Below are positions 25,770 through 35,097 of a DNA stretch of 52,903 bases, one piece after another. The notes beneath the pieces are model-generated. The model was given only the letters and a program-made list of their open reading frames with translations, made no database searches and had not been told where the DNA came from. The stretch is from an uncultured Eubacteriales bacterium. Lineage in GTDB: Bacteria > Bacillota > Clostridia > Oscillospirales > Acutalibacteraceae. Position 1 is the first letter of the stretch, and the number at the start of each line of letters is the position of its first letter. The position numbers were made by a program, and so were the translations under genes. Where the stretch lies: NCBI GenBank assembly GCA_900322145.1, contig ONYQ01000001.1, positions 1 to 52,903 of the forward strand. Reading direction: 5' to 3'.

Positions 25770-28340
25770 TCAGGTCTTAGCGTCGTACCATGTTTTGCCG
25801 ATACCGGCATCAGCGGTCAGCGGCAGGGAAAGCTGTACGGCGTGTTCCATTTCTTCACTGAGCAGCGCCGCTACTTGCTGCGCTTCCCTTTCGGGGGCTT
25901 CAACAATGAGTTCGTCATGTACCTGAAGAATCAGACGGGCCTGCAGATTTTCTTTCCGTAAGCGGCGGTAAACCCGTATCATGGCAATTTTGATAATATC
26001 TGCCGCCGTACCCTGTATCGGCATATTACGGGCGACACGTTCCCCGAAGGAACGCAGATTTTTATTAGAGGACTTCAACTCCGGCAGATAGCGCCGCCGT
26101 CCGAACATGGTCGTTACATAGCCGTCCTTTTTAGCCTGTTCTACCACATCTTTCATGTAGCGGTCAATGCCGGCATAGAGGGATAGGTAACCTCGTATAT
26201 AGCGGTCGGCTTCTTTCACGGTAACGCCGATATCCTTTGACAGGGAAAAGGCGCTGATACCGTAGACGATGCCGAAATTAACGGCTTTCGCACGACTTCT
26301 CAATAAGGGCGTAATCATATCCGGCGGCAGACCGAATACCTTAGCGGCGGTGGTGGTATGGATATCTTCTCCGCTGGCGAAAGCCTCCAGCATATTTTTA
26401 TCGTTGGCGATATGTGCCAGTACCCGCAGTTCGATTTGTGAATAGTCGGCATCGACTAATACACAGCCTTCTTTAGCGGTAAAGAAGCGCCGCATTTCTC
26501 TGCCACGCTCGGTACGGACAGGAATATTCTGCAAATTAGGCTCGGTGGAACTGATACGGCCGGTACGGGTTTCTGTCTGGTTAAAGCATGAATGGATACG
26601 GCCATCCACGCCGATGACTTTCAGTAAGCCGTCGCAATAGGTGGATTTGAGTTTGGTAAGGGTGCGGTATTCCAGAATGTTATCAATGATCGGATGATAG
26701 GGGCGCAGTTCCTCGAGTACATCCGCATTGGTAGAATAGCCGCTCTTGGTTTTTTTCTTGGCCGGCAGTCCCAGCGTTTCAAATAATATGGCGGCTAACT
26801 GCTTGGGCGAATTGATATTGAATTCACTGCCCGCCTGTTCGTAAATTTGCGCCTGTAAGGTATCTATATCGGTCTGTAATGCCTTGCCGTAATCGCTGAT
26901 ACCCTGACGGTCAGCCTGAAAACCGGCATTTTCCATGTCGGCCAGTACCTCTGCCAAAGGCAGTTCGATATCCTGTAATAAAGCGGTTTGCCCGTTGGCC
27001 GCAATCTTTTGCTGTAAGGCATCCGCTAAGGGAAGGAATGTCCGCAAAGGATTGTCATGTTCACAGGGCAGAGGGGTGATGTTTTCCTCCTGCGCTAACC
27101 GTTCCCGACTGTAATCGGAGGCATTCGGATTCAGCAGATAACCTGCCAGACCGGTATCAAACACAATGGAACGGCATGGAACCGCCGTATATAAAGCTTT
27201 CGCATTGTCGGTGCGTTTGGAGATGGTTTCATCCGCTAACAGCTTTTCCATAAACGGTACAAAGCCCTCTGTCCATGCCTGCAGTTCCCAGATATTCTGA
27301 CCATCCGATAAGGAGGCTGACAGAATATTGCCATCCTCTACCGTTGCCAGCAGGTCAACCGGATGTCCTTTCAATTGTTCGTATAAAGCATTAAGGTCGG
27401 CGGTATCATGATAGGTTAATGTGACAACGGGTTTCTGTTCCTGTACAGGAACAGAAGCAGCGGTTTGTACATTGTCCAGACCGAATTTCGGCAATAGGGT
27501 GTGCAATTCTAAACGCCGCATCATGGCCGCCGCCGCCGGCGGGTCGCCTGCCTGCCGGTTATAATATGACAGGTCGGTGTTAATGGGGGCATCGGTGCGT
27601 ATCGTACCAAGCATACGGCTCAGATAAGCGCTGTCCTTGCCCGCTTCTAATTTCTTTTTCATGGCCGGTTTCAGATCGGGGGCATCCAGATGTTCGTAGA
27701 CCCCTTCCAGAGAACCGTACTTTTGTATCAATTCTCCGGCACCTTTCGGACCGATACCCGCCACACCGGGAATACAGTCGGAAGTATCGCCCTGCAAAGC
27801 TTTGATATCAATCAACTGCGGCGGTGTAACGCCATAGACTTCCTGAATTTTCGCTTCATCGAAAACGGTCACTTCGGGTTTGCCGAATTTGGTAGCCGCC
27901 ATTCTCACGCTGACACACGGGGAAACCAATTGCAGGCTGTCCCTGTCGCCGGTGGCTAACATACATTCACAGCCCTGTTCTGTACATACATGGGCTAAAG
28001 TGCCCAGAATGTCATCCGCTTCAAAGCCTTCACACGTTACGATGCGGAAACCCATCAAACCAAGCAGTTCCTTGAGCGGTGCCATTTGTGCGGCTAATTC
28101 CGGCGGCATTCCCTTGCGGTTAGCCTTATAGCCGTCATACGCTAAATGCCGGAAGGTTGGCGCTTTCAGGTCAAACGCTACCGCTACCGCTTCCGGTGCT
28201 GTTTCACTGAGCAGTTTATGCAGGGTTGTCAGAAAGCCGTAAATGGCATTGGTATATTGTCCGTCCTTGGTGGTCAGCAGTTTGATGCCAAAAAATGCTC
28301 TGTTCAGAATACTGTTTCCGTCAATTACCAGTACCTTCAT
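25770..28340 (-). CDS. polA: DNA polymerase I
   Basis: 5'-nuclease N-terminus MKVLVIDGNSILNRAFFG and polymerase motif A VDADYSQIELRVLAH. The ATG at 28340 has the best SD spacing. Confidence 0.92.
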   Translation of the reverse strand: MKVLVIDGNSILNRAFFGIKLLTTKDGQYTNAIYGFLTTLHKLLSETAPEAVAVAFDLKAPTFRHLAYDGYKANRKGMPPELAAQMAPLKELLGLMGFRIVTCEGFEADDILGTLAHVCTEQGCECMLATGDRDSLQLVSPCVSVRMAATKFGKPEVTVFDEAKIQEVYGVTPPQLIDIKALQGDTSDCIPGVAGIGPKGAGELIQKYGSLEGVYEHLDAPDLKPAMKKKLEAGKDSAYLSRMLGTIRTDAPINTDLSYYNRQAGDPPAAAAMMRRLELHTLLPKFGLDNVQTAASVPVQEQKPVVTLTYHDTADLNALYEQLKGHPVDLLATVEDGNILSASLSDGQNIWELQAWTEGFVPFMEKLLADETISKRTDNAKALYTAVPCRSIVFDTGLAGYLLNPNASDYSRERLAQEENITPLPCEHDNPLRTFLPLADALQQKIAANGQTALLQDIELPLAEVLADMENAGFQADRQGISDYGKALQTDIDTLQAQIYEQAGSEFNINSPKQLAAILFETLGLPAKKKTKSGYSTNADVLEELRPYHPIIDNILEYRTLTKLKSTYCDGLLKVIGVDGRIHSCFNQTETRTGRISSTEPNLQNIPVRTERGREMRRFFTAKEGCVLVDADYSQIELRVLAHIANDKNMLEAFASGEDIHTTTAAKVFGLPPDMITPLLRSRAKAVNFGIVYGISAFSLSKDIGVTVKEADRYIRGYLSLYAGIDRYMKDVVEQAKKDGYVTTMFGRRRYLPELKSSNKNLRSFGERVARNMPIQGTAADIIKIAMIRVYRRLRKENLQARLILQVHDELIVEAPEREAQQVAALLSEEMEHAVQLSLPLTADAGIGKTWYDAKT

Positions 28341-28391
28341 CGTCATCTTCCTTTCATGCCGGAGCATTGTCAAAGACTATCCTGATATGAT

Positions 28392-29597
28392 TCAGGGAAC
28401 GGTCAGCGTTTCCGGCCGCAGGCTGTCCATGATACCGACATTTTCCCCGTGATGCAGATAGACACGGGGTACACGCTTGCCGACCAGACATACCACTTCG
28501 TAATTGATAGTACCCGTCATGGCGGCAATATCATCAAAGGTCATACTGCCGTCATGGCCGTCACTGATGACGGTCACTTCATCGCCGGATTTTACTGCGT
28601 CAATTCCACTGACATCGAGCATTAACTGATCCATGCACACACGGCCGATGACAGGGGCTTTCTTTCCCTTGACGGTCATATAGGCACGATTGCTCAGACT
28701 TCTGGTATAGCCGTCTGCATAGCCGATGGGAACAGTCGCTATCTTGAGTGGCTTGTCCGTGACATAGGTACTGCCGTAGCTGACGGGAGTACCCGGTTCT
28801 ACCGTTTTGACCTGCGCAATAACGCTTTTGATGGTCATGACGGGCTGTAAATCCAGTTTGTTTTTCAGTTTCGGAGAAGGTGACAGACCATACAGGATGA
28901 TACCGGCTCTGACACCGTTGAAATGTGCCTGCGGATAGTCGATAATAGCACCGCTGTTGGAGCAGTGGACTAACGGGAAAGTATAGCCGTCTGCTTTCAG
29001 ACGGTCTACCGCATCGGCAAAACAAGCTAATTGATGTTCGGTGGCTGTTCTGCCTTCTTCCGCTTCATCGGCTAATGCAAAATGCGTGAAAATTCCTTCG
29101 GGAACAAGATTTGGCTGCTGACAGGCTCTTTCCATTTGTAAAACAGCCTCTCCGTCCCGCTGGATATTCTGATACAGGAAGCCGATACGGCTCATACCGG
29201 TATCGACCTTGATATGGATACCGACCTGTACATTCTGTTTAACAGCCTCCGCTGACAGTTCACGGGCGTATTCCTCTGAAAATACCGCCTGACTGATATG
29301 ATGTACGGCTAATTCTCCGGCTAAGGATGCCGGTGTAAAGCCTAAGATCAGTACCGGCAGATGAATCCCGTTTTCACGCAGCTGCATGGCTTCTTCGATA
29401 TTTGATACGGCAAAGCCGTCAGCGCCCATTTTTTCATACAGTTTTCCCAGAAAAACAGCGCCGTGACCATAAGCGTCTGCCTTGATGACACAGATAATTC
29501 TGGCCTTGCGGTCAGCCGCCGCCCGTATCGCATCAAAATTATGCTTGAGGGCATCAATATTGACCTCTGCCCATGTCCTTCTCAAATAATTCTTCAT
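28392..29597 (-). CDS. alr: Alanine racemase
   Basis: PLP-lysine motif VIKADAYGHGAV. ATG at 29597 lies about 9 nt after GGAGGGA. Confidence 0.9.
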   Translation of the reverse strand: MKNYLRRTWAEVNIDALKHNFDAIRAAADRKARIICVIKADAYGHGAVFLGKLYEKMGADGFAVSNIEEAMQLRENGIHLPVLILGFTPASLAGELAVHHISQAVFSEEYARELSAEAVKQNVQVGIHIKVDTGMSRIGFLYQNIQRDGEAVLQMERACQQPNLVPEGIFTHFALADEAEEGRTATEHQLACFADAVDRLKADGYTFPLVHCSNSGAIIDYPQAHFNGVRAGIILYGLSPSPKLKNKLDLQPVMTIKSVIAQVKTVEPGTPVSYGSTYVTDKPLKIATVPIGYADGYTRSLSNRAYMTVKGKKAPVIGRVCMDQLMLDVSGIDAVKSGDEVTVISDGHDGSMTFDDIAAMTGTINYEVVCLVGKRVPRVYLHHGENVGIMDSLRPETLTVP

Positions 29598-29774
29598 ATG
29601 TTCCATTCCCTCCAATAAAAACACTATCGGATATTCTCTATTTTACTCCATTTCTACCCCAACTGTCAATCAGCTTTTTGCTTTTACCATTGACAAACTG
29701 TCTTGTGACAGCGGTATACATAACGAACAGACGTTACGGCAGAGGAGGCAAAACGGGGAAAAATTTCAGTGACA

Positions 29775-29801
29775 GTCACTTTGCTGTCACCTTGCTATAG
29801 T
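29775..29801 (+). promoter_or_regulatory. GTCAC-N6-GTCAC direct repeat plus extended -10 (TGCTATAGT)
   Basis: GTCAC at 29775-29779 and 29786-29790 (11-bp period); TGCTATAGT at 29793-29801. The same module occurs twice at 50307-50338 and 50407-50438. Confidence 0.5.
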
Positions 29802-29861
29802 ATATTAGGAAACAAGATAAGACACAATAAACCTGTACCACATAATGGAGAGTGAAATAGC

Positions 29862-30878
29862 ATGAGCCAGAGTCTTACATTAAAGAAAAAAAGTTTTTCG
29901 CCTTCTCAATGGAAAACCATAGATCCGTCAGCTGCCCTCAAAGGAATGGAGTCCCTTTCCGTGTCAAAGGACAGCACACCTGAACCGGCAGCAGAAATTT
30001 CTGTCCCCAAGCCGGAATGGTATCATACCGTTTTTCATACCACCAGTTCTTCACTGAATATGATCTGGCACAAAAAGGGCGATAGAATGATACTGACAGT
30101 GCCGTGTGCTTCGTCCTGGGTGGATAATGAAAACGAAATTCAGCGTTTTTTACGGGAGCATACGCAAAAGTTGACCGGCGTGAGGGTTTCTTATGCCAAC
30201 AAGAAGATGGTTTTTGAGTGTAACTACTGGGAAGAAGATTTGCCGGAAACTATCGTCAAAGGGATAGAAGAATTGCTTGAACGGGCGAACCAGCATTTCG
30301 ATCTGCTGCCTACCTGTATGTGCTGTCAGCGTACCATTGCCGTTGAAGTAGAGGAATATCTGGATGAACTGCGTACAGTCTGCGGTATCTGTTATGACAG
30401 CCGCCGTTTGCAGCACGAACATGAACGTCTGATTGAACAGCATAAAATAGAAGCGGCTCGTGAATGGCGGGAAGAAATCAAAAACCGGCAGCCGATCAGA
30501 GATATTTTCAAAGTAGGTATCAAGGGCGGTCTCATCGGCTGCGGTATCGGCTTTGTGTTCTTTGTACTGAGTCTGTATTTGCCGATGTTCCGCTATATGC
30601 CGTTTTTTCCGGGCGCAGCGGCTGGCCTTTATATTGTGACCCGTTTGTGGAATATTGATTTCTATACAAAAGCAACACGTTTTCTGGTATCCACCTTTGC
30701 AGCTGTTCTGACGATGTTCCTTGTTTCCGGTTCGTGGGTATTTCTTTGTGTCCGTGTCCTTCATATCTATGAACCGACACGATTTATGCTGTTTAACAAT
30801 GGGGCTGTCTATAATTTAACACTAGGTATGTTCGGATATATGCTGGGTGCCTGGGTATCCTTTACGCATGGCGAATGA
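29862..30878 (+). CDS. Hypothetical membrane protein with a cytoplasmic Cys4 zinc-ribbon-like motif
   Basis: 338 aa. CMCC...CGIC pairs (TCMCCQRT...RTVCGICYD) are followed by about 4 TM helices. SD GGAGAG. Confidence 0.5.
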   Translation: MSQSLTLKKKSFSPSQWKTIDPSAALKGMESLSVSKDSTPEPAAEISVPKPEWYHTVFHTTSSSLNMIWHKKGDRMILTVPCASSWVDNENEIQRFLREHTQKLTGVRVSYANKKMVFECNYWEEDLPETIVKGIEELLERANQHFDLLPTCMCCQRTIAVEVEEYLDELRTVCGICYDSRRLQHEHERLIEQHKIEAAREWREEIKNRQPIRDIFKVGIKGGLIGCGIGFVFFVLSLYLPMFRYMPFFPGAAAGLYIVTRLWNIDFYTKATRFLVSTFAAVLTMFLVSGSWVFLCVRVLHIYEPTRFMLFNNGAVYNLTLGMFGYMLGAWVSFTHGE

Positions 30879-30932
30879 CCGAAGATTTTCACGAATTTAT
30901 CTGCTGAAAAGGTTTCCGTTTTCCTGACAGAC

Positions 30933-30973
30933 AAAACCCGCCGGTTTATGGAAGAACCGGCGGGCCTTTTTTA
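30933..30973. terminator. Bidirectional terminator between 29862-30878 (+) and DAHP synthase (-)
   Basis: AAACCCGCCGGTT / AACCGGCGGGCC stem followed by TTTTTTAT. Confidence 0.8.
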
Positions 30974-32002
30974 TGCCTGATGAATGGTTTTCATAGTTTG
31001 GTGCAGGGTGAGCACTTTGCGGGCTACGGTGTCGAACTGGTCGGGCGTGAGGGATTGTGCGCCGTCAGATAAGGCGTGTTTCGGGTCGTTGTGTACTTCA
31101 ATCATCAGACCGTCCGCACCGGCGGCTACGGCAGCCAGTGCCATCGTTTCGACTAAAGCGGCTTTGCCGGTGGCATGGCTGGGGTCAACGATAACGGGCA
31201 GATGGGATTTACTCTTGATGACCGGTACAGCGGAAAGGTCTAAGGTATTGCGGGTCGCCGTTTCAAAGGTACGGATGCCTCTTTCGCAGAGGATAACCTT
31301 ATTATTGCCGCCGGCCATGATATATTCGGCACTCATCAGCCATTCATCAATCGTGCTGGACAGTCCTCGTTTGAGCAGAATCGGCTTGTCGATTTTGCCC
31401 AGTTCCTTGAGCAGCTCAAAATTCTGCATATTGCGGGCACCTACCTGAATGATATCCACGCTTTCAAACATATCAATGTGGGAAACACGCATGATTTCAG
31501 TAACGATGGGTAAGCCTGTCAGCTTGCGGGCACCTTTCAGCAGGTCAAGACCTTCTGCTTTCAAGCCCTGAAACGCATAGGGGGAAGTTCTCGGTTTGAA
31601 AGCGCCGCCCCGCAGGAAAGTAGCACCGGCGGCCTTGACACGTTCGGCAACATAATTGATTTGTTCCTCGTTTTCTACCGAACAGGGGCCTGCCATGATA
31701 CACAGACTGCCGTCACCGATTTTCTGTCCTGTCGGCAGTTCGATGATCGTATTGTCGGGATGAAATTTGCGGTTAGCTTTTTTATACGGTTCTTGTACAC
31801 GGCGCAGATTTTCCACGACCTCCTGTGCATTGACCCAGTCCTCGTCAATGCTGGTGGTATCACCGATCAGTCCCAGTACGGTGGATTCAACCCCCTCCCA
31901 TGTATTGACCTTGACGTGGAAACGCTCCTCCAGTGTGGTTTTGAACAGGGAAAGCTGCTCCTTGGTAACACCTTGCTTGATAACGATAATCATACGGTTC
32001 AT
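30971..32002 (-). CDS. aroF: 3-deoxy-7-phosphoheptulonate (DAHP) synthase, type I-beta with an N-terminal ferredoxin/ACT-like regulatory domain
   Basis: Catalytic barrel motifs MAGPCSVE, KPRTSPY and VDPSH. About 70 aa of N-terminal regulatory domain. The start is ATG 32002 or ATG 31993 (better SD spacing). Confidence 0.88.
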   Translation of the reverse strand: MNRMIIVIKQGVTKEQLSLFKTTLEERFHVKVNTWEGVESTVLGLIGDTTSIDEDWVNAQEVVENLRRVQEPYKKANRKFHPDNTIIELPTGQKIGDGSLCIMAGPCSVENEEQINYVAERVKAAGATFLRGGAFKPRTSPYAFQGLKAEGLDLLKGARKLTGLPIVTEIMRVSHIDMFESVDIIQVGARNMQNFELLKELGKIDKPILLKRGLSSTIDEWLMSAEYIMAGGNNKVILCERGIRTFETATRNTLDLSAVPVIKSKSHLPVIVDPSHATGKAALVETMALAAVAAGADGLMIEVHNDPKHALSDGAQSLTPDQFDTVARKVLTLHQTMKTIHQA

Positions 32003-32025
32003 CCTTTCGATTGTTTTTCGGGAAT

Positions 32026-32056
32026 AAAAAAAACGGAACCCTCTGCGGATTCCGTT
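32026..32056 (-). terminator. Intrinsic terminator inside the aroF leader (candidate attenuator)
   Basis: Minus strand reads AACGGAAUCC-GCAGAG-GGGUUCCGUU followed by U8. It ends about 25 nt upstream of the aroF SD. Confidence 0.75.
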
Positions 32057-32102
32057 CCATTACCCTTTGTAAAATGGTGTCTGGCCATGCGATAGCTGTT
32101 AT

Positions 32103-32231
32103 TCAGACAGCTCCGGCGGTTATCCGGTCAGACGTTTGACGGAAATTCTCACAGCACAAATGATTTTCCCATACCCAAAAGCATGAAAAGCTGAAAAAGT
32201 ATGTAAAAAATCGTGTGCTGTACTTCGTCAT
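32103..32231 (-). CDS. Candidate aromatic-rich leader peptide (42 aa; 56 aa if the in-frame ATG at 32273 is used)
   Basis: Hand translation gives MTKYSTRFFTYFFSFSCFWVWENHLCCENFRQTSDRITAGAV*. Ten of residues 4-21 are Phe, Tyr or Trp. GAAAGGA lies 11 nt upstream. The ORF is below the 60-aa cutoff of the ORF track. Confidence 0.5.
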   Translation of the reverse strand: MTKYSTRFFTYFFSFSCFWVWENHLCCENFRQTSDRITAGAV

Positions 32232-32290
32232 TTCCGCTATCGTCCTTTCTGCATTGTCCGTTTCATTGGTCATTAACACCTGACGGACTT

Positions 32291-32319
32291 ATCATACACC
32301 TATCTTTTCCACTTGTCAA
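32291..32319 (-). promoter_or_regulatory. Sigma-A type promoter of the aroF leader
   Basis: Minus strand TTGACA (32319-32314), 17 nt, TATGAT (32296-32291). Confidence 0.65.
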
Positions 32320-32342
32320 TTGGTTATTTTTAGAGATATTTG

Positions 32343-33539
32343 TCACAGCGGAATATTTTTGTCGAAAATGATGCGGGTGCGCTGCGTCACGCCGCAGGGG
32401 AGAACTGTTGCTCCGGTCAGCGCATAGAGATCATCACAGCGGCACATCAGCGCATAGAAACGCTTGCCTTCATCCGTCAGACAAGCGGTATCGGCGTGAC
32501 GGGTTATCAGCGGCAGAGAAGCGGATTTTTTGGCTTCATGCAGAATATCCTGTCCCTGACGGCTGAAACCTAAGACCTGTATATACGGCGGTAATTCCTC
32601 GCAATCCGCTTGTGTCCATTGCAGGAAAGCATACAACAATAAACGGCGCAGCCGTGCAAGGGGGTAACGCTTGCTTTTGACGTAGGATAATATGCCGTCT
32701 ATGCTGATACAGGAACGTACTGCCTCATACAGACGGTTTTCCAGACCTTCACTGATATCCGGCAGGGCGGCGAAGTCCTGCGGTGTCATGGTACGCAGAC
32801 GATACAGCAGCATCGGCTCGATAACCTTATTTCTGTCACCGCTGAGATGCTGTCTGGCAGCATTAAACAAGGCTTTGACAGACGATGGAATATAGGCATC
32901 AATGGTTTGTTCCCGATATAACTGTTGCCGCAGATAAGAAGCCGAAGCAAATTGCCCATCCGGTGTATCGCTGTCATGTGCCACGGCTACACGCTGTATC
33001 GTGTGAAGTTGTATCGGACTATGCAAACGGTGAAGGGCTTTGGCATATTCCGTGCCGAGAATATCATTCGGATTGGTGAGGACAGCGGCGGTTTCTTCAC
33101 CGTATAACCGGCGCACCGCTTTTTCTCTGGCGGCGGCATAGGTGATGCCTTCCCTCAGATAGTGCCGCAGAGTATTTTCCACAGCAGTATCAGCAACGGC
33201 CTGTGCCGCCTGTTCAAGACGTGCGGTATCGCCGCATTCACTGCCGCAGTACAGCCTGTCCACACAGCCGAGTGCCTGTAACAGATACACACCCCCGAAA
33301 GCAAAGCGTTCCGCACCGGCGCAGGCGTATGTTGCCGGTAATTCTATCACTAAATCGGCACCCGATAACAGCGCCGCTTTGGTACGGGTATATTTATCGA
33401 AAACAGCCGGTTCCCCCCGCTGTGTAAAATGACCGCTCATGCAGGCGATGACCTTACAGCCGTCCTTGTGCATTTGTCGGAACAGATACGCATGACCATT
33501 ATGCAGGGGATTCAATTCACAAATAACTGCTCCGATCAT
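32343..33539 (-). CDS. tmcAL: tRNA(Met) cytidine acetate ligase (UPF0348/YlbM family nucleotidyltransferase)
   Basis: 398 aa. N-terminus MIGAVICELNPLHNGHAYL (HxGH-type motif) and family-typical length. Confidence 0.75.
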   Translation of the reverse strand: MIGAVICELNPLHNGHAYLFRQMHKDGCKVIACMSGHFTQRGEPAVFDKYTRTKAALLSGADLVIELPATYACAGAERFAFGGVYLLQALGCVDRLYCGSECGDTARLEQAAQAVADTAVENTLRHYLREGITYAAAREKAVRRLYGEETAAVLTNPNDILGTEYAKALHRLHSPIQLHTIQRVAVAHDSDTPDGQFASASYLRQQLYREQTIDAYIPSSVKALFNAARQHLSGDRNKVIEPMLLYRLRTMTPQDFAALPDISEGLENRLYEAVRSCISIDGILSYVKSKRYPLARLRRLLLYAFLQWTQADCEELPPYIQVLGFSRQGQDILHEAKKSASLPLITRHADTACLTDEGKRFYALMCRCDDLYALTGATVLPCGVTQRTRIIFDKNIPL

Positions 33540-33611
33540 GCTGTTCTCACTCCTTTCTGTTTATGATGACACATCCTTATAAAAAAACTGTCGGTTGTGC
33601 AAAAAAATAGA

Positions 33612-33640
33612 TTGAAATCGTTTTGCTTTTGTATTATATT
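33612..33640 (+). promoter_or_regulatory. Sigma-A type promoter for ackA
   Basis: TTGAAA (33612-33617), 17 nt, TATATT (33635-33640). Confidence 0.5.
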
Positions 33641-33690
33641 ATAAATATATCCGTTTGATTTTGCAATAAAAAGCAGGAGGTTTTGTAAAA

Positions 33691-34890
33691 ATGAAAATTC
33701 TCGTCATCAATGCAGGCAGCTCTTCCATGAAGTATCAGCTCATCGACATGACAGACGAAAGCGTTCTGGCAAAGGGTAACTGCGAAAGAATCGGTATTGA
33801 CGGTCACTTCAAACACAGCACCGGCGATGGCCGTGTGTTTGAAACAGATGTTACCATGAACAACCACACCGAAGCATTTGTACAGATCAAAAATGCTCTT
33901 ATCAGTGAGGAATACGGCGTAATCAAGTCCCTTGATGAAGTATCGGCTGTCGGACATCGTATCGTGCAGGGCGGTTCCCTGTTCAGTGAATCCGTTATTG
34001 TTACCGAAGACGTTATCAAGGGTATTGAGAGCCTGATTCCGCTGGCACCGCTGCACAATGCCGCTCATGTACAGGGCATTCGTGCTTGTCTGGAAGTATT
34101 CGGTGACAAGGTACCGGAGGTTGTTGTATTTGATACGGCTTTCCATTCCACTATGCCCGAAAAGGCCTTTATCTATCCCGTACCCTATGAGTATTATGAA
34201 AAATATGCTGTTCGCCGCTATGGCTTCCACGGTACTTCTCACCGCTATGTTTCCGGCCGCTGTGCGGAACTCATGGGCAAGGATATCAAGGATATCAAGA
34301 TCATTACCTGTCACCTCGGCAACGGTTCTTCCATTACCGCTGTCAACGGCGGCAAGGTCGTTGATACCAGTATGGGTCTGACACCGCTCGATGGTATTAT
34401 GATGGGTACCCGTACCGGTTCTCTTGACCCATCTGTTGTTACCTTTATTGCGGAAAAAGAGCATATCAGCGCAGAGGATATGGACATCCTGCTCAACAAG
34501 AAATCCGGTTTCCTCGGTATTTCGGGTGTTTCTTCCGATGACCGTGATGTTACCGCAGCCGCAGAAGCCGGCAACAAGAGAGCGCAGTTGGCGATTGATA
34601 TTCTTGAATATGACATTCTGAAGTACATCGGCAGCTATACCGCTGTACTGGGCGGCGTGGATGCTATCGTCTTTACAGCCGGTATCGGTGAGAACCAAAG
34701 CTCCCACCGCAGTAAGGTCTGCCATGCTCTTGAATACATGGGCGTGAAGATCGACGATACTCTCAATGAGCAGATGATCCGTGGCAAAGAAGGCAAGATT
34801 TCTACCGATGATTCTACAGTAGCGGTCTATGTCATTCCCACCAACGAGGAACTGGTTATTGCCCGTGATACCATGGCACTCGTAAAATAA
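33691..34890 (+). CDS. ackA: Acetate kinase
   Basis: 399 aa. MKILVINAGSSSMKYQL and the GFHGTSH motif. SD AGGAGG. Confidence 0.93.
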   Translation: MKILVINAGSSSMKYQLIDMTDESVLAKGNCERIGIDGHFKHSTGDGRVFETDVTMNNHTEAFVQIKNALISEEYGVIKSLDEVSAVGHRIVQGGSLFSESVIVTEDVIKGIESLIPLAPLHNAAHVQGIRACLEVFGDKVPEVVVFDTAFHSTMPEKAFIYPVPYEYYEKYAVRRYGFHGTSHRYVSGRCAELMGKDIKDIKIITCHLGNGSSITAVNGGKVVDTSMGLTPLDGIMMGTRTGSLDPSVVTFIAEKEHISAEDMDILLNKKSGFLGISGVSSDDRDVTAAAEAGNKRAQLAIDILEYDILKYIGSYTAVLGGVDAIVFTAGIGENQSSHRSKVCHALEYMGVKIDDTLNEQMIRGKEGKISTDDSTVAVYVIPTNEELVIARDTMALVK

Positions 34891-34922
34891 TGTACAATGT
34901 GCAATGTACAATGTACAATTGC
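34888..34922 (+). repeat. Tandem heptamer array, family 1 (TAATGTA CAATGTG CAATGTA CAATGTA CAATTGC)
   Basis: Read directly. The first unit contains the ackA TAA stop. Confidence 0.85.
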
Positions 34923-34936
34923 GCTCACATAAAATC

Positions 34937-34970
34937 AAGCCGCCGGTCGATATAAACCGGCGGCTTTTTG
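34937..34970 (+). terminator. Rho-independent terminator of ackA
   Basis: AAGCCGCCGGT / ACCGGCGGCTT stem followed by TTTG. Confidence 0.8.
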
Positions 34971-35007
34971 AGGGCAATGTCATTAAGATAAGAACAGAGT
35001 AAAATTT

Positions 35008-35051
35008 TATAAAATACCCCGTACCCTTGTTTGAGTACGAGGTATTTTTTA
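35008..35051. terminator. Terminator serving the GH13 gene (-), also T-tailed on +
   Basis: ATACCCCGTAC / GTACGAGGTAT stem with AAAA upstream and TTTTTT downstream. Confidence 0.7.
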
Positions 35052-35097
35052 TTTCATCTTTAACTTGATGACATTGGCTGTCACAGCGGAGATTTTT

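Noticed and set aside
25653-25961. 102-aa plus-strand ORF
   Set aside because: It runs through the family-2 heptamer array and then antisense into the polA 3' end, with no SD.
32341-32352. 12-mer TGTCACAGCGGA shared with 35079-35090
   Set aside because: One copy covers the tmcAL stop codon and the other lies in the GH13 3' UTR. The flanks are not similar, so I treat it as coincidence or a fragment of the GTCAC/TGACAG-rich motifs.
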